Assembly: GCA_017962545.1 (NCBI GenBank)
Contig: JAGCVD010000036.1
Span: 33,148 to 97,147 of the forward strand
Length of the DNA: 64,000 bases
Direction: 5' to 3'
DNA from: Bacteroidales bacterium
GTDB lineage: Bacteria; Bacteroidota; Bacteroidia; Bacteroidales; P3
Below, in pieces: positions 48,787 through 58,500 of the stretch. The notes beneath the pieces were generated by a model. That model was not told the origin of the DNA. It saw only the letters and a program-made list of their open reading frames with translations, and did not search any database. Position numbers and translations under genes: made by a program. Every line of letters starts with the position of its first letter. The stretch's first letter is position 1.

Positions 48787-49494
48787 CTATAGAGTATCTT
48801 TCACCTCCTCCATGGCTCGCTGTATAAAACGGTTGAGCGGGAGGCTGGCACGCCAGATCTCGACGACACGGTCAGAAAAGTCGGGGGCGGTGACGGCATC
48901 CTCAGGGAGGGTGTGGGTGGTGCAATAGTCTTTGTATTTCAACAGGTCGGCATGTTCCCAATCGGCGGGATAGCCTTTAGGAACGCGCGAGAGTTTCTTG
49001 ATGGTGAAGAACTCCTTGCCGAAATACCGCTTATAAGAGGAGTTCGACATGATGGCAAGGAATTCGTCGGGACAATAGAATATCTCCTGCCGGATGGCCG
49101 CCAACGACGCCGGAGCAGGCATGAAGATGCCACCGCCGAGGTTGCAGGTGCCCGTCAGGCCGTAGGCCTCCTCCGACCCCACCTGCAGGTAGTAGCCCGG
49201 CACGCCGCTGTTTTTCTTTCCCCACGAGGAGAGGAAGCAGGCGATGTGCGTCTTGTAGGGCGTCTTGTCGTTCGAGAAGCGCGTGTCGCGGTAGATGCGG
49301 TACATGCAACCCTTGGCGGTGAGCCCCTCCAATGTCGGGTCGAGGGCCGACATCTTGTCCAGCAGCTCCTGCGTGAAGGCCTCGAACTGATTCCTGATGG
49401 CCTCCCAGCGGGGCTTGTTGTCCATGAACCATGGACGGTTGTTGTTCTGTGCCAGCTCCCGGAAGAACGGCAGGGTGTCGGGATGTATTGTCAT
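48787..49494 (-). CDS. DUF2461 (TIGR02453) family protein
   Basis: FFRELAQNNNRPWFMDNKPRWE...YRIYRDTRFSNDKTPYKTH... is the characteristic family pattern. Confidence 0.8.
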   Translation of the reverse strand: MTIHPDTLPFFRELAQNNNRPWFMDNKPRWEAIRNQFEAFTQELLDKMSALDPTLEGLTAKGCMYRIYRDTRFSNDKTPYKTHIACFLSSWGKKNSGVPGYYLQVGSEEAYGLTGTCNLGGGIFMPAPASLAAIRQEIFYCPDEFLAIMSNSSYKRYFGKEFFTIKKLSRVPKGYPADWEHADLLKYKDYCTTHTLPEDAVTAPDFSDRVVEIWRASLPLNRFIQRAMEEVKDTL

Positions 49495-49496
49495 AG

Positions 49497-49528
49497 AAAG
49501 TTGCGAGGGCTCTCGCCCTCACAACTTT
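49497..49528 (-). terminator. hairpin after the 948-aa cargo gene
   Basis: aaagttgcgagggc-tctc-gccctcacaacttt. The single mismatch becomes G-U on the minus-strand RNA. Confidence 0.55.
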
Positions 49529-49540
49529 AGTGTGGTCTTA

Positions 49541-52387
49541 TTAGCGCACCACGATGCGGCGGGCGGGCAGGCTCGCAACCTTGACGAGGTAGACACCCGT
49601 CTGCGGCAGACGGATGTACTGCTCGTCGCTGGCGACGGCGACATGGCCCACCAGGCGGCCGGCGACGTCGTAGACGTTGACGGTCATCTGGGCAGCGCCA
49701 CGCACCACCACACCATTCTCGCGGGCGGCGATGGTCACGCCGGCAGCCTCGGCGGCGTCGATGCCGTTGGAACGTGCGAAGAGGGCGGCGATGACGATGT
49801 TGCTGTCGACGGTGACGGTGTAGGTTTCACTGGACTCAAGCAGGTCGGCGGTCATCTGCGTGACCGAGAAGGTATACCAACCTTGGAAGACGTAGCCTTC
49901 ATCGGGCGTGGCGGTGAGGGTAGCCTCGCTGCCGGCAGCATAACGGCCAGCACCCCTGACGGTGCCACCCACATTCATCTCATAGTCCGTGTTGACCACA
50001 TAGACGGTCACCGTGTAGTTGATGTCGTTGTTGGTGGTGAACAGGCAGCTCTCCGACCAGTCGGTCTCCTCGCCGTCGCAGAGGCCCTGCACCTGGAACT
50101 CATAGGTCGTGTTGGTGTCGAGGCCTTCGAGGTCGAAGCTGTTGGTGTTGACGTTGACGTAGGTCCATTCACCGGCGGGAGCCGCCTCGCGAGAGCAGTT
50201 GAAGTCGTCAATGAGGAGGTAGTTGGCATCGTAGTCCACATGGTGGATGGCGATATAGCCGTAGCCGCTGTAGCGGCCCAGGTTGATGGACACTTTGTTC
50301 CACTCTCCGTTGTCGGGAGCGGGAGCCATGGCCTGGAGGGTCACGGTGAAGCTGGCGGTGTCGTTGTTCGTGGTGGAGAGGAGCACCTCGTAGCTGTCGG
50401 GCCAGCTTGAGTTGGTGCGCACCCAGAAGGTCAGGGAGTCACCCAGGGGCACCTGCGGGGTCACCAGCCAGTTGTCGGCCTCGAGGGCAGAGCTATTCCA
50501 GCTCCATGCACTGGCGCAATAGTCGCCGCTGTGGGCCGGAAAATCGAGTTCATCCGAGGCGGGATTATAGGTATACCAGCCTTCGCTGTGGCCGTCGACG
50601 GTGTCGCCCGCCGTGTAGATGGTCCACTGGCTGAGGCCGTTCTCGAAGTCGTCGTTGATGCCCTCGTAGGTCGCGGCGGTGCGATAGCGCACAACGTAGG
50701 CGGAGTCGAAGCCGCGCCAGTTGAGGGTGGCCGCGTTGCCGGCGACATCCGTGGCAGCCAGGAGTGTGGGCACGGGGCAGGCAACGTCGGTGGTGAAGAA
50801 GGTCGCGGTCCAGGCACTCATGCCGTCAACGGCACCGCAGTTGCCCTTCACGCGCACATAATAGCCCGTCACCGGGGTGAGGTCTTCAAGTGGGTAAGGG
50901 CTTGTGGCGTTGTTCATGTGAATCCACATCAGGTCGGCGTTGTCGACAAAGGCACGGATCATGAAGGAGGCATCTTCAGCACTCTCATAGAAATCGCCCA
51001 AATCGGCCCATTCGTTATCGTACATAATCCATCTGCCGTTCTCGCCGCCGTCGTTGCCACTCAAAGCCATGAAATAGGTGCCGGTGGCCGTGAGGGTAAT
51101 CCAGAGGTTCTGGGTTTGGTTAATCTGGATGGGGTTGATATAGACCTCGCGCATGCCGTTGGTGCCTTCGGTGGCCACGGTGACGGTGCCGATGAGGGTG
51201 CCGGGGGCATCGTCGCCGCCGCTGTAGATGTTCACCGTGACGGTGTTGTCGGCATAGTAGTTGTTGGATGTCTCATAGAAGGCAATCTTCGTGAGGAAGT
51301 TGCCCGTGAGCATCGAGGAGGGGTACATCACGCCCCAAGTCCATGTTTGGTCAGTTTCAGAACCCACCCTTTCAGATACCGTGTCGTTGTCATACTGCAG
51401 CCAGGTGGCAGTGGCGCTGGGGGTGTAGGCGGCATATTCGAGGTCGTAGCTGTTGCTGGTGCCGTTCCACATCACGTCGGCGGTGAAGCCCGAGATGTTG
51501 TCGACAGCGAGATCCGTGGGGGCTGGGCAGGCCACGTCGGTGGTGACGCTGACAAGGGCCATGCGCGAGGCGTCGGTGGCTGAGCAGTTGACCTCCACGC
51601 CGAAGGTGTAGCGAGTCTCGGGGGTGAGGCCGGTGACGGTGTAGGTGGCGGCGGTGATGCCGGTGGCGACAATCGAGGTGTCGGTCATGTTATACACCGA
51701 GTAGTTGGCGCCCGTGTTGATGGTGTCGACCCAAGTGAGGGTCACCTCGTGGTTGGTGACGTTGCTGGCGGTGAGGTTTCTCACGGGGAAGCAGGGGGAC
51801 GAGCCGGCGGGGTAGTAGTCGAAGGTCACCCTGGGGAGGAAGTCGCGCTGGGTGGCAGAGACGGAGGACAGGTCGCTGTAGCTGTAGCCCTGCACGCTCG
51901 CACCGGTGGAATCGACGCCCGTCCAGGTGGAGGTGACGTAGGTGCCTTCGACAGTATTTTCCACAGCCACGAGGAGGTTGCCGCCATTGTAGGAGTAGGG
52001 GCTGTCGAAGGTGACGACCATGGTGTTGTTGCTGATGCTCAGGCTGCCGGAATAGACTTGCGTCATGCCCGAGACGGTGGCGAAGTCGCTGATAGTGCTG
52101 CCAGGCACCTCGGAGAGGTAGACATTGAAGTGCGCATCGCCCCAGTCGACGGAGCTCTGCGCGGCGTAGAATGTCATCCCGGTGAGGGTGCCGCCACCCA
52201 TGGTGGTGAGGATGTCCGACGGATAGACGAAATGCGCCTTCAGGTAGGCATCGCAATAGAAGCCGTAGACAGGTACATAGCCATTGGAGGCCGAGCCGTT
52301 GCACACAGTCAGTGTCGACTGTGCCTGCATCGACCACGGCATCATCAGTGCCGCGAGCAGCAGGAGTTTTTGTAAAGTTCTTTTCAT
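49541..52387 (-). CDS. T9SS cargo surface protein (948 aa): N-terminal beta module, FN3-like domains, cleaved-adhesin-like domain, InlB-B-repeat-like domain, CTD
   Basis: Signal peptide (MMPWSMQAQ). FN3-like CFPVRNLTASNVTNHEVTLTW...YTVTGLTPETRYTF. DFENGLSQWTIY...DNWLVTPQV resembles the gingipain/HagA cleaved-adhesin domain. The C-terminus ...RLPQTGVYLVKVASLPARRIVVR is a T9SS CTD. Confidence 0.85.
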   Translation of the reverse strand: MKRTLQKLLLLAALMMPWSMQAQSTLTVCNGSASNGYVPVYGFYCDAYLKAHFVYPSDILTTMGGGTLTGMTFYAAQSSVDWGDAHFNVYLSEVPGSTISDFATVSGMTQVYSGSLSISNNTMVVTFDSPYSYNGGNLLVAVENTVEGTYVTSTWTGVDSTGASVQGYSYSDLSSVSATQRDFLPRVTFDYYPAGSSPCFPVRNLTASNVTNHEVTLTWVDTINTGANYSVYNMTDTSIVATGITAATYTVTGLTPETRYTFGVEVNCSATDASRMALVSVTTDVACPAPTDLAVDNISGFTADVMWNGTSNSYDLEYAAYTPSATATWLQYDNDTVSERVGSETDQTWTWGVMYPSSMLTGNFLTKIAFYETSNNYYADNTVTVNIYSGGDDAPGTLIGTVTVATEGTNGMREVYINPIQINQTQNLWITLTATGTYFMALSGNDGGENGRWIMYDNEWADLGDFYESAEDASFMIRAFVDNADLMWIHMNNATSPYPLEDLTPVTGYYVRVKGNCGAVDGMSAWTATFFTTDVACPVPTLLAATDVAGNAATLNWRGFDSAYVVRYRTAATYEGINDDFENGLSQWTIYTAGDTVDGHSEGWYTYNPASDELDFPAHSGDYCASAWSWNSSALEADNWLVTPQVPLGDSLTFWVRTNSSWPDSYEVLLSTTNNDTASFTVTLQAMAPAPDNGEWNKVSINLGRYSGYGYIAIHHVDYDANYLLIDDFNCSREAAPAGEWTYVNVNTNSFDLEGLDTNTTYEFQVQGLCDGEETDWSESCLFTTNNDINYTVTVYVVNTDYEMNVGGTVRGAGRYAAGSEATLTATPDEGYVFQGWYTFSVTQMTADLLESSETYTVTVDSNIVIAALFARSNGIDAAEAAGVTIAARENGVVVRGAAQMTVNVYDVAGRLVGHVAVASDEQYIRLPQTGVYLVKVASLPARRIVVR

Positions 52388-52450
52388 GTTTGTTTGTTGT
52401 TTGTTGATGGATATTGTTTGTTGTTATTGTCGCAATAGCCTATACTCCAA

Positions 52451-52475
52451 CCTTTGCCACCTACCGTGGCAAAGG
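52451..52475 (-). other. 5'-leader stem-loop (10-bp stem) of the 948-aa cargo gene
   Basis: cctttgccac-ctacc-gtggcaaagg, 11 nt downstream of the -7 box. A positional homologue lies at 59153-59179. Confidence 0.55.
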
Positions 52476-52486
52476 CTTTCCGTTTG

Positions 52487-52494
52487 CAAATATA
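52487..52494 (-). promoter_or_regulatory. candidate -7 box (TATATTTG on the minus strand)
   Basis: The plus strand reads caaatata, about 100 nt upstream of ATG 52387. It is conserved at the paralogous position 59191-59198. Confidence 0.55.
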
Positions 52495-52514
52495 CGACTT
52501 TTTCCCATAATAAC

Positions 52515-52550
52515 ACAAGGGGCCCGCGAAATTTTTCGCGGGCCCCTTGT
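52515..52550 (-). terminator. GC-rich hairpin terminator after the 2172-aa cargo gene
   Basis: acaaggggcccgcgaaa-tt-tttcgcgggccccttgt, 22 nt after the stop codon. Confidence 0.7.
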
Positions 52551-52571
52551 TGGGAGTGTTAGGTCTGGACC

Positions 52572-55500
52572 TTACTGTCTGACCACGACGCGGCGGGCGG
52601 GCAGGTCGGCGACCTTGACGAGGTAGACGCCCGTCTGCGGCAGACGGATGAACTGCTCGTCGCTGGCGGCAGACACATGGCCCACCATGCGGCCGACGAC
52701 GTCGAAGACGTAGACCTCAGCCTCGGCGGCGCCACGCACCACCACACCGTTCTCACGGGCAATGATGGTCACGTTGGAGGCGTCGACAGCGTCGATGCCG
52801 ACATTGGCGCGGAAGGCGGCGGTGAGGGCCATGGTGGTCTGTTCGAGGGTGATGGTGAAGTACTCGAGGCGGCTGAGGGTGTCGCCCTGAGCATTGACCC
52901 AACCGAGGAAGGTGCTGTTGTTGACGGCGACGGCTGTCAGCGTGACCTCATCGCCCAGGGTGCCACGATAGACGTTGAAGGGCATCTGCTGGCCGTTGAA
53001 GAGCACCTGGCCCAGCGTGCTGTCGACCTGGACGGTCAGCAGGGCACTGTTGGCGCCGATGCGCTCGAACATGGCCACCACGACGACATTCTCTTCGAGG
53101 GTGAAGGTGTAGACACTGTCGGCGGTAATCAGCTCGCCACCGAAGCCCATGGCGGAACGGGTGTACCATCCGTCGAACAGGTAGCCGCTGTCAGGCGTGG
53201 CGGTGAGGGTCACCTCGGTGCCGGCCAGGTAGGAGCCTGCACCCGTGACGGTGCCACCCACATTCAGCAGGCCTTCGGTGTTGGCCACCACGATAGCCAC
53301 ACTGTAGTAGTTACCAATGGTGAGCACAAGGACTTCGGTGCTGTCGCAACCCGCAACGGTCTGGGTATGGAAGTAGTAGGTACCCGACTCGGTGTAGACC
53401 GAGTCATGCCAGGTGTAGCTCTCGAGGGCGATGACGGAGTCGACAATCTCGACGCTGTGGTTGACCGTGAGGGTGATGGTGACGATGCTGTCGCAACCAG
53501 CAATGGTCTGCAGCGAGTCGATGATGACGGTCGAGGTGGTGTACCACACGTCGTTCCACTGGAGGCTGTCGCAGTCTGCCTGGCCATCGTTGTACGTGGT
53601 GCTGTAGTTGATGGTCAGGTGCAGGGTCGTCACGCTGTCGCAACCAGCGGCGTTGGTGGTGGTGTCAGTCGGTGTGTTGGTGCTGGCGGTGTAGGCGGTG
53701 CCATGCCAGGTGTAGCTGTCGCAGGCCGTCACGGTCTCAGTGCCCGTGGTGCTGTAGTTGAGGGTGAGGTTCAGCGTGTCGGTGCCGTGGTAGTAGGTGC
53801 CGCCCACGGTGTAGGTGGTGCCAAACCAGGTGTAGCTGTCGCAAGCGGTGATGTCCGTCGTCGAGCACTGGATGATGGTCAGGTGCAGCGTCGTCACGCT
53901 GTCGCAACCGGCGGCATTGGTGCTGGTGTAGGTCGGCGTGTTGGTGCTGGCGTTGTAGGTCGTGCCGTGCCACACATAGCTGTTGCAGGCCGTCACAGTC
54001 TCGATGCCCGTGTTGCTGTTGTTGATGGTCAGGTGCAGGGTCGTCACGCTGTCGCAGCCGACGGCATTGGTGGTGGTCCTGGTGGGATTGGCAGAGCTGA
54101 TGTAGTTGGTGCCGTACCATGCGAAGCTGTCGCAGGCGATGGCGAAGGTGTCGCCCGTGGTGCTGTAGTTGATGGTCAGGTGCAGGGTCGTCACGCTGTC
54201 GCAACCGACGGCGTTCATGCTGGTGTCGGTCGGCGTGCTGGTGCTGGCGGTGTAGGCGGTGCCGTGCCAGGTGTAGCTGTTGCAGGCCGTCACGGTCTCG
54301 ATGCCCGTGTTGCTGTGGTTGATGGTCAGCACCAGGGTGTCGGTGCCGTCGGTGTAGGTGCCACCCACCGTGTAGGTGTTGCCATGCCAAGTGTAGCTGT
54401 CGCAAGCGGTAATCTCAGTCGTCGAGCACTCGATGATGGTCAGGTGCAGGGTTGTCACGCTGTCGCAGCCGGCGGCATTGGTGGTGGTGAAGGTCGGCGT
54501 GTTGGTGCTGGCGGTGTAGTTGGTGCCATGCCACACATAGCTGTTGCAGGCCGTCACCGTCTCGATGGCCGTGTTGCTGTAGTTGATGGTCAGGTGCAGG
54601 GTCGTCACGCTGTCGCAGCCAACAATGTTGGTGCTGGTGTAGGTCGGCGTGTTGGTCGAGGCAGTGTAGTTGGTGCCGTGCCAGGTGTAGCTGTCGCAGG
54701 CCGTCACCGTCTCGGTGGCCGTGTTGCTGTTGTTGATGGTCAGGTGCAGGGTCGTCACGCTGTCGCAACCAGCGATGTTGGTGCTGGTGTAGGTCGGCGT
54801 GTTGGTCGAGGCGGTGTAGTTGGTGCCGTGCCAGGTGTAGCTGTCGCAGGCGGTCACAGTCTCGATGCCCGTGTTGCTGTAGTTGACCGTCAGGACGAGG
54901 GTATAGATAGAGTCGGCATTGGGGGCATAGACAGTGTCGGCGACCGTGGTGCTGGCAATGTAGTTGGTGCCGCGCCAGATGTAGCTGTTGCAAGCCGTCA
55001 CAGTGTCGTTGGCAAAGGCCTGGAGATTGACGCTGTCGGTGGTGAACCGCAGCGAGGTGCTCCAAGCGGTGACGCCGCCGTCGCAAATCGAGTTCACACC
55101 CTGCACTTCCCATGCATAGGTGGTGAGGCTGTCGAGGCCGGTGAGCTGGTAGGGGTTGGTGACGTTGTTCACCACCGTGGTGTCGGAGGCGGGAATTAGC
55201 AGCGGGGTGGTGGAGACAAACACGCCGAAGACTTCTGCGGCCCAGCCCGGGTCTTGGCCTCTCGCCACGAAGGTGAGGGTGCCGCCCAAAGCCACATTCG
55301 GGATAATCATCCAGTTGTCGGGATACAGAACATCGTTGTTGTAGCTTGCGGAAGTGGCGCAATAGCTGCCGTTGCCCACATCGTGGCCGTTGCCATCCTG
55401 GCTGGTACTCTGAATATACCAATTCTGTCCGTCGCCGTCTTGGTCGGCGATGACCCAGTTGGCGGGCATCACGCCCGACTCGAAGTCCTCGTTGACGATG

Positions 55501-58500
55501 GTATCGCCATTGGCGTTGGTCAGCACGATGTCGTCGATGTTCAGGCGGAACATGTCGGTGACGTGGTAGTGGCGGAAGGCCACATTGCCCGTGCCGGTGA
55601 AGCCGCTCAGGCTGACGGTGTATTGGGTCAATGTATCATGAGCCGTGGAGTCTCCTCCTATTTGCGTGAAGTTGGCCGTATCGAAATTACTAATCCGAGC
55701 CGGCTGCCAGTAGCGCACATTGTAGCTCTCCTGATAGCCAATCCAGTCGAGGGTGGCGCGGTTGGAGAGGACGTAGGGGTTTGTCAGGCTGTTGGGAGCA
55801 GCGCAGGGCGAAGGTGTGGTGAAGCTGGTCATAGTCCAGGCACTCTCGCCGTCGACGGCACCGCAGTCGCCTTTCACTCTGGTGATATAGCCCGTCTCGG
55901 GAGTCAGACCCGTGAGAGAGGCGGGGGAGGTGGCATTGAGGACGGTGGTCCAGGTGAGGGAATCGAGGTTGAGGGGGGTAATCTCGCCGCGAATCATCCA
56001 GCCATTGCCTGCGAGGCTTGAGGCGGCATCGCCGAGGTGCATCCAAACACCGCCATTATAGATCCACTGGTTGTTGGGTTCGGAGGAAGAGCAAGCAGAC
56101 ATGACGTAGGTGCCGTAGGCGTCAATAACAATCCACAGGTCTTGCGTGATATCAACCATCGCAGGATTGGTGAACGTAATCTCATGGAAGCCATCCGAAC
56201 CTGTGGGGGTGACAGTCTGCGAATTAAGCAGCATGATCGGCTCTGTAGCACTGCCGCTGTAGATGCTAATGGTGTAGTCCGAAGTACTGTACGATGCAGT
56301 TTCAAAGAAAGAGACCTTCGTCAACCTACCGGGAGTCAGCATCGTGGAAGGATACCTCACGCCCCACCTCCAGTTCTGCGAGGAGGAGTTACCGATGCCG
56401 TTGGTATAGGTACTGTCGTCATAGCTCAGCCAGATGGGATTAGCTACGCTGCCAGTGGAATCGGCGGGGAGGGGTGCATATTGCAGGGTGTAGCTGTTGG
56501 CAAAGTCGTTCCAGCTGGCCCTGGCGTGGGTGGGATAGATGCTGTCCATCGTCAGGTCGGTGGGAGCGGGGCAAGCGATGAGGGTGGTGGCGCTGACGGT
56601 GAGCAGGCGGGAAGCGTCGGTGGCCGAGCAGTTGGCGGCCACGCCGAAGGTGTAGGGGGTCTCGGGGGTGAGGCCGGTGACGGTGTAGGTGGTGCCGGTG
56701 ATGCCGGTGGCGACGACCGAGGTGTCGCTCATGTCATAGACCGTGTAGGTGGCGCCCGTATTGATGGTGTCAATCCAGGTGAGGGTCACTTCGTGGTTGG
56801 TGACATCGCTGACGGTCAGGGTTGTGGGCATGGGGCAGGCCACGAGGGTGGTGGCGCTGACGGTGCGCAGGCGGGAGGCATCGGTGGCCGAGCAGTTGGC
56901 GGCCACGCCGAAGGTGTAGCTGGTCTCGGGGGTGAGGCCGGTGACGGTGTAGGTGGTGCCGGTGATGCCTGTGGCGACGACCGAGGTGTCGCTCATGTCA
57001 TAGACCGTGTAGGTGGCTCCCGTGTTGAGGGTATCGGTCCATGTGAGGGTCACGCCACGGCTGGTGACGTTGCTGGCGGTGAGGCCTCTCACGGGAAGGC
57101 AGGTGACAGTGGTGGGGATGAATTCGATAGTCATCTTGGGGAGGAAGTCGCGCTGGGTAGGAGTGATGGCATCCAGGCTGCTGTAGCTGTAGTTCTGCAC
57201 ACTCGCACCAGGGGCACTGATGCCATACCAGGTAGAGGTGACGTAGGAGCCCTCGACAGTATTTTCCACAGCCACGAGGAGGTTGCCTCCCATGTAGATA
57301 TACTCCTCAGTGAAGGGAACAACCATCATGTTGTCGCTGATGCCCAGGCTGCCGGAGTAGACCAGCGTCATGTCCGTCACATCGGCAAAGTCACTGATGG
57401 TCGAATCGGTCGTCTCGGCAAGGTAGACATTGAAGTTCGCGTTGCCCCAGTTGACGGAGGATTGCGTGGCATAGAATGTCAGCTGAGTGAGGGCGGCGGT
57501 ACCCATGCTGGCGAGGTCAGTCGACGGGCAGATGTAATGCGCCTTCAGATAGGCGTCGGCATAGAAGCCGTAGACAGGCACATAGCCATTGGTGGCCGTG
57601 CCGTCGTTGATGGTGATGCTGTAGGCGTTGGAGGGGGTAAAGTCGCATACGGCGCTCCAGTCACTCGTGTCGCCGGCTCCGCAGATGGCCCTGACACGGG
57701 CATAGTGGGTAGCCTCAGCGGTGAGGCCGGTGAGGTTGAGGATGGTGGAGTCGGTCACAATGACGGAGGCGGCTGTCGAGAAGTCGGAAGCGGTGTCGTA
57801 TTCAACCTCCCAGGCGGTCTGGGTGCTGTCGGCAGTCCAGTTCAGCGTGGCGATGGTGCCGTTGCCGGGGGTGACGGTGGCTGCCAAGCCAGTGGGTCTG
57901 GTACAGACAGGTCCGGCGCCGGGGATGATTCCCAAACGGATGAGATTGCGGTATTGACGTTGGCCCTTGCTGCCGCTAAAAGAGTTCACATTTGTCAGGT
58001 CGGGAACGTAGCTGTCGCTGTAATAGTCAAGGGCGAGGTAGGTAGAGCAGCTGGAGGTGCGGAACTTGTAGGCGCTGCCCGGGTAGCCGTTGGTGGGGTC
58101 GTAGCAGCACACCAGCAGGTTGCTGATGCCGTCATATTGGAAGGGGGTGTCGAGATTGATGGTGATCCAACCTGCACTGTCAGCCCTAAGGGTGTCGGAC
58201 CAGACAAGGTCGCTGGCCGAGATGGGCTCCATATCGGTGTTGGAGGCGAAGACTGTCTTGCTCACGTTCTTCATATACATCTGAACGCCAGGCGACGCGA
58301 ATGCGGCCGTGTGGGCGTAGTTGAACGAGATGGAGGTGATGGTTCCTGCCCCGCCAATCTCTTCGGGGGTGAAGAGCTGCTGCGTCAGGGAATAGTTAAA
58401 GTACGTGTTGATGGGCAGGTAGTAGTAGTTGGCGGTGTTGGCGGTGTCGCCGATGGTCACAGTGGTGGCAGTGCCGCCGCCGGGCTGGATGAGCAGCTGG

